A DNA stretch of 63,728 nt, counting the filler, from Raillietiella orientalis (Eukaryota): the NCBI GenBank assembly GCA_036172245.1. It is 3 parts of 3 records of this genome, joined end to end, with 100 filler letters (N's around TTAATTAATTAA, not from the genome) between each part and the next. Parts side by side here need not be neighbours in the genome. Positions count along the whole stretch, not along the records: positions 48,786 to 63,728 come from JAYWIR010000254.1; 2 more parts are not named here. One strand, 5' to 3'. How positions within the stretch are numbered: position 1 is the stretch's first letter; every line of letters starts with the position of its first letter. The notes under the pieces are model-generated. The model made no database searches, was not told the origin of the DNA, and was given only the letters and a program-made list of their open reading frames with translations. Positions 48,786 to 60,700 of this stretch are shown here, piece by piece. The position numbers and the translations under genes are program-made.

Positions 48786-51700
48786 TGCGGCTCTCCATGA
48801 AAGGGATTTGCCACTCACTGCAAAAGGATACTTCGTGAAGAGGCGCAAAAGTGCAATGGTGAAATCTTCTGTTTTCTAATTGAATACAAAACTCCAAAAG
48901 TTGCAAAGTTGGACTACATAAGGAATGGGAGCGAACGAGAATATTCCCCTTGTAAGTCAAACACTGGTTACCATGAAAACAAGACAGAGTCCACAGTGCC
49001 ACGCCCTAATGAAATTTCGAACTCTTCTTAATCATCCTCTGAAAGCAGAGATTGGAAGGGCTTGCGGGTCTCCATGAAAGGGATTTGCCACTCACTGCAA
49101 AAGGATACTTCGTGAAGAGGCGCAAAAGTGCAATGGTGAAATCTTCTGTTTTCTAATTGAATACAAATCTCCAAAAGTTGCAAAGTTGGACCAAATAAGG
49201 AATGGGAGCGAACGAGAATATTCCCCTTGTAAGTCCGACACTGGTTACCATGAAAACAACACAGAGTCCAATGTGCCACGCCCTAATGAAATTTCGAACT
49301 CTTCTTAATCATCCTCTGAAAGCAGAAATTGGAAGGGCTTTCGGCTCTCCATGAAAGGTATTTGCCACTCACTGCAAAAGGATGCTTCGTGAAGAGGTGC
49401 AAAAGTGTAATGGTGAAATCTTCTGTTTTTTAATTGAATACAAATCCCCAAAAGCTGCAAAGTTGGACCACATAATGAAAGGGAGCGAAGGAGAATATTC
49501 CCCTTGAAAGTCCGACACTGGTTACCATGAAAACAAGACCGAGTCCAAAGTGCCACGCCCTAATGAAGTTTCGAACTCTTCTTAATCATCCTCTGAAAGC
49601 AGAGATTGGAAGGGCTTGCGGCTCTCCATGAAAGGGATTTGCCACTCACTGCAAAAGGATACTTCGTGAAGAGGCGCAAAAGTGCAATGGTGAAATCTTC
49701 TGTTTTCTAATTGAATACAAATCTCCAAAAGTTGCAAAGTTGGACCACATAATGAATGGGAGCGAACGAGAATATTCCCCTTGTAAGTCCGACACTGGTT
49801 ACCATGAAAACCACACAGAGTCCAAAGTGCCACGCCCTAATGAAATTTCGAACTCTTCTTAATCATCCTCTGAAAGCAGAGATTGGAAGGGCTTTCGGCT
49901 CTCCATGAAAAGGATTTGCCACTCACTGCAAAAGGATGCTTCGTGAAGAGGTGCAAAAGTGCAATGGTGAAATCTTCTGTTTTCTAATTGAAGACAAATC
50001 CCCAAAAGCTGCAAAGTTGGATCACATAATGAATGGGAGCGAACGAGAATATTCCCCTTGTAAGTCCGACTCTGGTTACCATGAAAACAACACAGAGTCC
50101 AAAGTGCCACGCCCTAATGAAATTTCGAACTCTTCTTAATCATCCTCTGAAAGCAGAGATTGGAAGGGCTTTCGGCTCTCCATGAAAAGGATTTGCCACT
50201 CACTGCAAAAGGATGCTTCGTGAAGAGGTGCAAAAGTGCAATGGTGAAATCTTCTGTTTTCTAATTGAATACAAATCCCCAAAAGCTGCAAAGTTGGATC
50301 ACATAATGAATGGGAGCGAACGAGAATATTCCCCTTGGAAGTCCGACACTGGTTACCATGAAAACAACACAGAGTCTAAAGAGCCACGCCCTAATGAAAT
50401 TTCGAACTCTTCTTAATCATCCTCTGAAAGCAGAGATTGGAAGGGCTTTCGGCTCTCCATGAAAGGTATTTGCCACACACTGCAAAAGGATACTTCGTGA
50501 AGAGGCGCAAAAGTGCAATGGGGAAATCTTCTGTTTTCTAATTGAATACAAATCTCCAAAAGTTGCAAAGTTGGACCACATAATGAATGGGAGCGAACGA
50601 GAATATTCCCCTTGTAAGTCCGACTCTGGTTACCATGAAAACAACACAGAGTCCAATGTGCCACGCCCTAATGAAATTTCGAACTCTTCTTAATCATCCT
50701 CTGAAAGCAGAGATTGGAAGGGCTTTCGGCTCTCCATGAAAAGGATTTGCCACTCACTGCAAAAGGATGCTTCGTGAAGAGATGCAAAAGTGCAATGGAG
50801 AAATCTTCTGTTTTCTAATTGAATACAAATCCCCAAAAGCTGCAAAGTTGGACCACATAATGAATGGGAGCGAACGAGAATATTCCCCTTGTAAGTCCGA
50901 CACTGGTTACCATGAAAACAACACAGAGTCTAAAGTGCCACGCCCTAATGAAATTTCGAACTCTTCTTAATCATCCTCTGAAAGAAAGAGATTGTAAGGG
51001 ATTGCGGCTCTCCATGAAAGGGATTTGCCACTCACTGCAAAAGGATACTTCGTGAAGAGGCGCAAAAGTGCAATGGTGAAATCTTCTGTTTTCTAATTGA
51101 ATACAAAACTCCAAAAGTTGCAAAGTTGGACTACATAAGGAATGGGAGCGAACGAGAATATTCCCCTTGTAAGTCAAACACTGGTTACCATGAAAACAAG
51201 ACAGAGTCCACAGTGCCACGCCCTAATGAAATTTCGAACTCTTCTTAATCATCCTCTGAAAGCAGAGATTGGAAGGGCTTGCGGGTCTCCATGAAAGGGA
51301 TTTGCCACTCACTGCAAAAGGATACTTCGTGAAGAGGCGCAAAAGTGCAATGGTGAAATCTTCTGTTTTCTAATTGAATACAAATCTCCAAAAGTTGCAA
51401 AGTTGGACCAAATAAGGAATGGGAGCGAACGAGAATATTCCCCTTGTAAGTCCGACACTGGTTACCATGAAAACAACACAGAGTCCAATGTGCCACGCCC
51501 TAATGAAATTTCGAACTCTTCTTAATCATCCTCTGAAAGCAGAAATTGGAAGGGCTTTCGGCTCTCCATGAAAGGTATTTGCCACTCACTGCAAAAGGAT
51601 GCTTCGTGAAGAGGTGCAAAAGTGTAATGGTGAAATCTTCTGTTTTCTAATTGAATACAAATCCCCAAAAGCTGCAAAGTTGGACCACATAATGAAAGGG

Positions 51701-54700
51701 AGCGAAGGAGAATATTCCCCTTGAAAGTCCGACACTGGTTACCATGAAAACAAGACCGAGTCCAAAGTGCCACGCCCTAATGAAGTTTCGAACTCTTCTT
51801 AATCATCCTCTGAAAGCAGAGATTGGAAGGGCTTGCGGCTCTCCATGAAAGGGATTCGCCACTCACTGCAAAAGGATACTTCGTGAAGAGGCGCAAAAGT
51901 GCAATGGTGAAATCTTCTGTTTTCTAATTGAATACAAATCTCCAAAAGTTGCAAAGTTGGACCACATAATGAATGGGAGCGAACGAGAATATTCCCCTTG
52001 TAAGTCCGACACTGGTTACCATGAAAAGAAGACAGAGTCCAAAGTTCCACGCCCTAATGAAGTTTGGAACTCTTCTTAATCATCCTCTGAAAGCAGAGAT
52101 TGGAAGGGCTTGCGGCTCTCCATAGGGGATTTGCCACTCACTGCAAAAGGATACTTCGTGAAGAGCAGCAAAAGTGCAATGGTGAAATCTTCTGTTTTCT
52201 AATTGAATAGAAATCCCCAAAAGCTGCAAAGTTGGACCACATAATGAAAGGGAGCGAAGGAGAATATTCCCTTTGTAAGTCCGACACTGGTTACCAAGAA
52301 AACAAGACAGAGTCCAAAGTGCCACGCCCTAATGAAGTTTCGAACTCTTCTTAATCATCCTCTGAAAGCAGAGATTGGAAGGGTTTGCGGCTCTCCATGA
52401 AAGGGATTTGCCACTCACTGCAAAAGGATACTTCGTGAAGAGGCGCAAAAGTGCAATGGTTAAATCTTCTGTTTTCTAATTGAATACAAATCTCCAAAAG
52501 TTGCAAAGTTGGACCAAATAATAAATGGGAGCGAACGAGAATATTCCCCTTGTAAGTCCGACTCTGGTTACCATGAAAACCACACAGAGTCCAAAGTGCC
52601 ACGCCCTAATGAAATTTCGAACTCTTCTTTATCATCCTCTGAAAGCAGAGATTGGAAGGGCTTTCGGCTCTCCATGAAAAGGATTTGCCACTCACTGCAA
52701 AAGGATGCTTCGTGAAGAGGTGCAAAAGTGCAATGGTGAAATCTTCTGTTTTCTAATTGAAGACAAATCCCCAAAAGCTGCAAAGTTGGATCACATAATG
52801 AATGGGAGCGAACGAGAATATTCCCCTTGTAAGTCCGACTCTGGTTACCATGAAAACAACACAGAGTCCAAAGTGCCACGCCCTAATGAAATTTCGAACT
52901 CTTCTTAATCATCCTCTGAAAGCAGAGATTGGAAGGGCTTTCGGCTCTCCATGAAAAGGATTTGCCACTCACTGCAAAAGGATGCTTCGTGAAGAGGTGC
53001 AAAAGTGCAATGGTGAAATCTTCTGTTTTCTAATTGAATACAAATCCCCAAAAGCTGCAAAGTTGGATCACATAATGAATGGGAGCGAACGAGAATATTC
53101 CTCTTGGAAGTCCGACACTGGTTACCATGAAAACAACACAGAGTCTAAAGAGCCACGCCCTAATGAAATTTCGAACTCTTCTTAATCATCCTCTGAAAGC
53201 AGAGATTGGAAGGGCTTTCGGCTCTCCATGAAAGGTATTTGCCACACACTGCAAAAGGATACTTCGTGAAGAGGCGCAAAAGTGCAATGGGGAAATCTTC
53301 TGTTTTCTAATTGAATACAAATCTCCAAAAGTTGCAAAGTTGGACCACATAATGAATGGGAGCGAACGAGAATATTCCCCTTGTAAGTCCGACTCTGGTT
53401 ACCATGAAAACAACACAGAGTCCAATGTGCCACGCCCTAATGAAATTTCGAACTCTTCTTAATCATCCTCTGAAAGCAGAGATTGGAAGGGCTTTCGGCT
53501 CTCCATGAAAAGGATTTGCCACTCACTGCAAAAGGATGCTTCGTGAAGAGATGCAAAAGTGCAATGGAGAAATCTTCTGTTTTCTAATTGAATACAAATC
53601 CCCAAAAGCTGCAAAGTTGGACCACATAATGAAAGGGAGCGAAGGAGAATATTCCCCTTGAAAGTCCGACACTGGTTACCATGAAAACAAGACCGAGTCC
53701 AAAGTGCCACGCCCTAATGAAGTTTGGAACTCTTCTTAATCATCCTCTGAAAGCAGAGATTGGAAGGGCTTGCGGCTCTCCATGAAAGGGATTTGCCACT
53801 CACTGCAAAAGGATACTTCGTGAAGAGGCGCAAAAGTGCAATCGTGAAATCTTCTGTTTTCTAATTGAATACAAATCTCCATAAGTTGCAAAGTTGGACC
53901 ACATAATGAATGGGAGCGAACGAGAATATTCCCCTTGTAAGTCCGACACTGGTTACAATGAAAACAAGACAGAGTCCAAAGTGCCACGCCCTAATGAAGT
54001 TTCGAACTCTTCTTAATCATCCTCTGAAAGCAGAGATTGGAAGGGTTTGCGGCTCTCCATGAAAGGGATTTGCCACTCACTGCAAAAGGATACTTCGGGA
54101 AGAGGCGCAAAAGTGCAATGGTGAAATCTTCTGTTTTCTAATTGAATACAAATCTCCAAAAGTTGCAAAGTTGGACCACATAATGAATGGGAGCGAACGA
54201 GAATATTCCCCTTGTAAGTCCGACACTGGTTACCATGAAAACAAGACCGAGTCCAAAGTGCCACGCCCTAATGAAGTTTGGAACTCTTCTTAATCATCCT
54301 CTGAAAGCAGAGATTGGAAGGGATTGCGGCTCTCCATGAAAGGGATTTTCCACTCAGTGCAAAAGGATGCTTCGTGAAGAGGCGCAAAAGTGCAATGGTG
54401 AAATCTTCTGTTTTCGATTTTCTTGAATATCCGTACAAGCTGCAATGTTGGACCGCATAATGAATGAGAGCGAAGGAGAATATTCCCTTTGTTAGTCCGA
54501 CACTGGTTACCATGAAAACAAGACCGAGTCCAAAGTGCCACGCCCTAATGAAGTTTGGAACTCTTCTTAATCATCCTCTGAAAGCAGAGATTGGAAGGGC
54601 TTGCGGCTCTCCATGAAAGGGATTTGCCACTCACTGCAAAAGGATACTTCGTGAAGAGGCGCAAAAGTGCAATGGTGAAATCTTCTGTTTTCTAATTGAA

Positions 54701-57700
54701 TACAAATCTCCAAAGGTTGCAAAGTTGGACCACATAATGAATGGGAGCGAACGAGAATATTCCCCTTGTAAGTCCGACACTGGTTACCATGAAAACAACA
54801 CAGAGTCCACAGTGCAACGCCCTAATGAAATTTCGAACTCTTCTTAATCATCCTCTGAAAGCAGAGATTGGAACGGCTTGCGGCTCTCCATGAAAGGGAT
54901 TTGCCACTCACTGCAAACGGATACTTCGTGAAGAAGCGCAAAAGTGCAATGGTGGAATCTTCTGTTTTCTAATTGAATACAAATCCCCAAAAGCTGCATA
55001 GTTGGACCACATAATGAAAGGGAGCGAAGGAGAATATTCGCCTTCAAAGTCCGACACTGGTTACCATGAAAACAAGACCGAGTCCAAAGTGCCACGCCCT
55101 AATGAAGTTTGGAACTCTTCTTAATCATCCTCTGAAAGCAGAGATTGGAAGGGCTTGCGGCTCTCCATGAAAGGGATTTGCCACTCACTGCAAAAGGATA
55201 CTTCGTGAAGAGGCGCAAAAGTGCAATGGTGAAATCTTCTGTTTTCTAATTGAATACAAATCTCCAAAAGTTGCAAAGTTGGACCACATAATGAATGGGA
55301 GCGAACCAGAATATTCCCCTTGTAAGTCCGACACTGGTTACCATGAAAACAACACAGAGTCCACAGTGCCACGCCCTAATGAAATTTCGAACTCTTCTTA
55401 ATCATCCTCTGAAAGCAGAGATTGGAACGGCTTGCGGCTCTCCATGAAAGGGATTTGCCACTCACTGCAAACGGATACTTCGTGAAGAGGCGCAAAAGTG
55501 CAATGGTGGAATCTTCTGTTTTCTAATTGAATACAAATCCTTAAAAGCTGCATAGTTGGACCACATAATGAAAGGGAGCGAAGGAGAATATTCGCCTTCA
55601 AAGTCCGACACTGGTTACCTTGAAAACAAGACAGAGTTAAGTGCCACGCCCTAATGAAGTTTCGAACTCTTCTTAATCATCCTCTGAAAGCAGAGATAGG
55701 AAGGGATTGCGGCTCTCCATGAAAGGGATTTGCCACTCAGTGCAAAAGGATGCTTCGTGAAGAGGCGCAAAAGTGCAATGGTGAAATCTTCTGTTTTCTA
55801 ATTTCTTGAATATCCGTAAAAGCTGCAATGTTGGACCGCATAATGAATGAGAGCGAAGGAGAATATTCCCTTTGTTAGTCCGACACTGGTTACCATGAAA
55901 ACAAGACAGAGTCCAAAGTGCCACTGCCTAATGAAACTTCGAACTCTTCTTAATCATCCTCTGAAAGCAGAGATTGGAAGGGCTTTCGGCTCTCCATGAA
56001 AGGTATTTGCCACTCACTGCAAAAGGATGCTTCGTGAAGAGGTGCAAAAGTGCAATGGTGAAATCTTCTGTTTTCTAATTGAATACAAATCCCCCAAAGC
56101 TGCAAAGTTGGTCCACATAATGAATGGGAGCGAACGAGAATATTCCCCTTGTAAGTCCGACTCTGGTTACCATGAAAACAACACAGAGTCCAAAGTGCCA
56201 CGCCCTAATGAAATTTCGAACTCTTCTTAATCATCCTCTGAAAGCAGAAATTGGAAGGGCTTTCGGCTCTCCATGAAAGGTATTTGCCACTCACTGCAAA
56301 AGGATGCTTCGCGAAGAGGTGCAAAAGTGCAATGGTGAAATCGTCTGTTTTCTAATTGAATACAAATCTCCAAAAGTTGCAAAGTTGGACCACATAATGA
56401 ATGGGAGCGAACCAGAATATTCCCCTTGTAAGTCCGACACTGGTTACCATGAAAACAACACAGAGTCCACAGTGCCACGCCCTAATGAAATTTCGAACTC
56501 TTCTTAATCATCCTCTGAAAGCAGAGATTGGAAGGGCTTGCGGCTCTCCATGAAAGGGATTTCCCACTCACTGCAAACGGATACTTCGTGAAGAGGCGCA
56601 AAAGTGCAATGGTGGAATCTTCTGTTTTCTAATCGAATACAAATCCCCAAAAGCTGCAAAGTTGGACCACATAATGAAAGGGAGCGAAGGAGAATATTCC
56701 CCTTGAAAGTCCGACACTGGTTACCATGAAAACAAGACAGAGTCCTAAGTGCCACTGCCTAATGAAACTTCGAACTCTTCTTAATCATCCTCTGAAAGCA
56801 GAGATTGGAAGGGCTTTCGGCTCTCCATGAAAGGTATTTGCCACTCACTGCAAAAGGATGCTTCGTGAAGAGGTGCAAAAGTGCAATGGTGAAATCTTCT
56901 GTTTTCTAATTGAATACAAATCCCCCAAAGCTGCAAAGTTGGACCACATAATGAAAGGGAGCGAAGGAGAATATTCCCCTTGAAAGTCCGACACTGGTTA
57001 CCATGAAAACAAGACAGAGTCCACAGTGCCACGCTCTAATGAAATTTCGAACTCTTCTTAATCATCCTCTGAAAGCAGAGATTGGAAGGGCTTGCGGCTC
57101 TCCATGAAAGGGATTTGCCACTCACTGCAAACGGATACTTCGTGAAGAGGCGCAAAAGTGCAATGGTGGAATCTTCTGTTTTCTAATTGAATACAAATCC
57201 CCAAAAGCTGCAAAGTTGGACTACATAATGAAAGGGAGCGAAGGAGAATATTCTTCTTGAAAGTCCGACACTGGTTACCATGAAAACAAGACAGAGTCCA
57301 AAGTGCCACTGCCTAATGAAACTTCGAACTCTTCTTAATCATCCTCTGAAAGCAGAGATTGGAAGGGCTTTCGGCTCTCCATGAAAGGTATTTGCCACTC
57401 ACTGCAAAAGGATGCTTCGTGAAGAGGTGCAAAAGTGCAATGGTGAAATCTTCTGTTTTCTAATTGAATACAAATCCCCCAAAGCTGCAAAGTTGGACCA
57501 CATAATGAAAGGGAGCGAAGGAGAATATTCCCCTTGAAAGTCCGACACTGGTTACCATGAAAACAAGACAGAGTCCAAAGTGCCACGCCCTAATGAAGTT
57601 TCGAACTCTTCTTAATCATCCTCTGAAAGCAGAGATTGGAAGGGCTTGCGGCTCTCCATCAAAGGGATTTGCCTCTCACTGCAAACGGATACTTCGTGAA

Positions 57701-60700
57701 GAGGCGCAAAAGTGCAATGGTGGAATCTTCTGTTTTCTAATTGAATACAAATCCCCAAAAGCTGCAAAGTTGGACCACATAATGAAAGGGAGCGAAGGAG
57801 AATATTCCCCTTGAAAGTCCGACACTGGTTACCATGAAAACAAGACAGAGTCCACAGTGCCAGGCTCTAATGAAATTTCGAACTCTTCTTAATCATCCTC
57901 TGAAAGCAGAGATTGGAAGGGCTTGCGGCTCTCCATGAAAGGGATTTGCCACTCACTGCAAACGGATACTTCGTGAAGAGGCGCAAAAGTGCAATGGTGG
58001 AATCTTCTGTTTTCTAATTGAATACAAATCCCCAAAAGCTGCAAAGTTGGACTACATAATGAAAGGGAGCGAAGGAGAATATTCCCCTTGAAAGTCCGAC
58101 ACTGGTTACCATGAAAACAAGACTGAGTCCAAAGTGCCACGCCCTAATGAAGTTTCGAACTCTTCTTAATCATCCTCTGAAAGCAGAGATTGGAAGGGCT
58201 TGCGGCTCTCAATGAAAGGGATTTGCCACTCACTGCAAAAGGATACTTCGTGAAGAGGCGCAAAAGTGCAATGGTGAAATCTTCTGTTTTCTAATTGAAT
58301 ACAAATATCCAAAAGTTGCAAAGTTGGACCACATAATGAATGGGAGCGAACCAGAATATTCCCCTTGTAAGTCCGACACTGGTTACCATGAAAACAACAC
58401 AGAGTCCACAGTGCCACGCCCTAATGAAGTTTCGAACTCTTCTTAATCATCCTCTGAAAGCAGAGATTGGAACGGCTTGCGGCTCTCCATGAAAGGGATT
58501 TGCCACTCACTGCAAACGCATACTTCGTGAAGAGGCGCAAAAGTGCAATGGTGGAATCTTCTGTTTTCTAATTGAATACAAATCCCCAAAAGCTGCATAG
58601 TTGGACCACATAATGAAAGGGAGCGAAGGAGAATATTCGCCTTCAAAGTCCGACACTGGTTACCATGAAAACAAGACAGAGTCCAAAGTGCCACGCCCTA
58701 ATGAAGTTTCGAACTCTTCTTAATCATCCTCTGAAAGCAGAGATTGGAAGGGCTTGCGGCTCTCCATGAAAGGGATTTGCCACTCACTGCAAAAGGATAC
58801 TTCGTGAAGAGGCGCAAAAGTGCAATGGTGAAATCTTCTGTTTTCTAATTGAACACAAATCTCCAAAAGTTGCAAAGTTGGTCCACATAATGAATGGGAG
58901 CGAACGAGAATATTCCCCTTGTACGTCCGACTCTGGTTACCATGAAAACAACACAGAGTCCAAAGTGCCACGCCCTAATGAAATTTCGAACTCTTCTTAA
59001 TCATCCTCTGAAAGCAGAAATTGGAAGGGCTTTCGGCTCTCCATGAAAGGTATTTGCCACTCACTGCAAAAGGATGCTTCGCGAAGAGGTGCAAAAGTGC
59101 AATGGTGAAATCTTCTGTTTTCTAATTGAATACAAATCTCCAAAAGTTGCAAAGTTGGACCACATAATGAATGGGAGCGAACCAGAATATTCCCCTTGTA
59201 AGTCCGACACTGGTTACCATGAAAACAACACAGAGTCCACAGTGCCACGCCCTAATGAAATTTCGAACTCTTCTTAATCATCCTCTGAGAGCAGAGATTG
59301 GAAGGGCTTGCGGCTCTCCATGAAAGGGATTTGCCACTCACTGCAAACGGATACTTCGTGAAGAGGCGCAAAAGTGCAATGGTGGAATCTACTGTTTTCT
59401 AATTGAATACAAATCCCCAAAAGCTGCAAAGTTGGACCACATAATGAAAGGGAGCGAAGGAGAATATTCCCCTTGAAAGTCCGACACTGGTTACCATGAA
59501 AAGAAGACAGAGTCCAAAGTGCCACGCCCTAATGAAGATTCGAACTCTTCTTAATCATCCTCTGAAAGCAGAGATTGGAAGGGCTTGCGGCTCTCCATGA
59601 AAGGGATTTGCCACTCACTGCAAAAGGATACTTCGTGAAGAGGCGCAAAAGTGCAATGGTGAAATCTTCTGTTTTCTAATTGAATACAAATCTCCAAAAG
59701 TTGCAAAGTTGGACCACATAATGAATGGGAGCGAACCAGAATATTCCCCTTGTAAGTCCGACACTGGTTACCATGAAAACAACACAGAGTCCAGAGTGCC
59801 ACGCCCTAATGAAATTTCGAACTCTTCTTAATCATCCTCTGAAAGCAGAGATTGGAAGGGATTGCGGCTCTCCATGAAAGGGATTTGCCACTCAGTGCAA
59901 AAGGATGCTTCGTGAAGAGGCGCAAAAGTGCAATGGTGAAATCTTCTGTTTTCTAATTTCTTGAGTATCCGTAAAAGCTGCAATGTTGGACCGCATAATG
60001 AATGAGAGCGAAGGAGAATATTCCCTTTGTTAGTCCGACACTGGTTACCATGAAAACAAGACAGAGTCCAAAGTGCCACGCCCTAATGAAGATTCGAACT
60101 CTTCTTAATCATCCTCTGAAAGCAGAGATTGGAAGGGCTTGCGGCTCTCCATGAAAGGGATTTGCCACTCACTGCAAAAGGATACTTCGTGAAGAGGCGC
60201 AAAAGTGCAATGGTGAAATCTTCTGTTTTCTACTTGAATACAAATCCCCAAAAGCTGCAGAGTTGGATCACATAATGAATGGGAGCGAACGAGAATATTC
60301 CCCTTGTAAGTCCGACACTGGTTACCATGAAAACAACACAGAGTCTAAAGTGCCACGCCCTAATGAAATTTCGAACTCTTCTTAATCATCCTCTGAAAGC
60401 AGAGATTGTAAGGGATTGCGGCTCTCCATGAAAGGGATTTGCCACTCACTGCAAAAGGATACTTCGTGAAGAAACGCAAAAGTGCAATGGAAAATTTCAT
60501 ATATTCAAGAATACAAAACTCCAAGTTGCAAAGTTGGACTACATAAGGAATGGGAGCGAACGAGAATATTCCCCTTGTAAGTCCGACACTGGTTACCATG
60601 AAAACAAGACAGAGTCCACAGTGCCACACCCTAATGAAATTTCGAACTCTTCTTAATCATCCTCTGAAAGCAGAGATTGGAAGGGCTTGCGGGTCTCCAT

